From NCBI GenBank assembly GCA_029953675.1, contig JAMWBK010000005.1:1116001-1180000 (forward strand): a DNA stretch of 64,000 nt, read 5' to 3'. Position 1 is the stretch's first letter. Every line of letters begins with the position of its first letter. The notes below the pieces were generated by a model. It was not told the origin of the DNA. It worked only from the letters and a program-made list of their open reading frames with translations, and ran no database searches. Both the position numbers and the translations under genes were made by a program. Below, in pieces: positions 63,721-64,000 of the stretch. The DNA comes from Rhodosorus marinus CCMP1338 (taxonomy: Eukaryota > Plantae > Rhodophyta).

Positions 63721-64000
63721 GAACGTAGCCAAACAACCCATATGGAGTTAAAATGGGTTAATTGGCTTTTAACTCAACAATAGATTCTTTGGTGCCTCTT
63801 GACGGGCTCCAGTATGGAGCTCCTTTCTAGAGCGTTCACGTTTACGTTCCCACGCCAACTGTCCTTTCAGAACTCCCAACAGCTAATAATGTCAGCCATT
63901 GGAAAACTTATAGACCATTTATTCAAAATATAGAAAATGATCGGCTAAATTTTCATCACTCAAAGTCCTTATTGCGCAATACCTCCAAATCCCAGCCTGA

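Noticed and set aside
1-64000. Genome-wide stop-codon reassignment to explain the interrupted frames
   Set aside because: All conserved genes have no internal stops after splicing and end in TAA, TAG or TGA. The interrupting stops are of all three types.

Overview
Gene-dense, compact eukaryotic nuclear DNA with short spliceosomal introns (about 70-150 nt). It is most likely from a unicellular red alga; this is inferred from nucleus-encoded plastid proteins with M-x-F-type, S/R-rich transit peptides and cyanobacterial-type genes. About 20 intron-containing genes are recognisable: mitochondrial ferredoxin, a PH-domain CAMKK-like kinase, a C2H2 zinc-finger protein, Pol III C11, ASCC2-like, plastid TypA, DUF427, a stand-alone DHH/DHHA1 phosphoesterase, ORC2, a HIG1-domain protein, MON1, SEN34, CSL4, NEPRO/RMP1-like, SSU72, mitochondrial Obg, a plastid SET methyltransferase, a bacterial WbpE-like aminotransferase, MRS2, DUF3007 and an alpha-carbonic anhydrase. 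A decayed CRE-type non-LTR retrotransposon lies at the right end. Most notable: (1) SEN34 has no in-frame ATG and overlaps a 124-codon upstream ORF across a G8 run, and its stop overlaps the MON1 stop; (2) the intron-bearing bacterial-type sugar aminotransferase; (3) the DHH module split from the cyanobacterial A-adding enzyme; (4) a probably thylakoid-lumenal alpha-CA; (5) four unrelated tandem arrays with about 110-145 bp periods in gene-upstream intervals, one reading as WD40-like blades; (6) several long reading frames broken by isolated stops. No tRNA, rRNA or CRISPR array is supported. All family calls are by eye from remembered motifs, without database searches; exon coordinates are manual.
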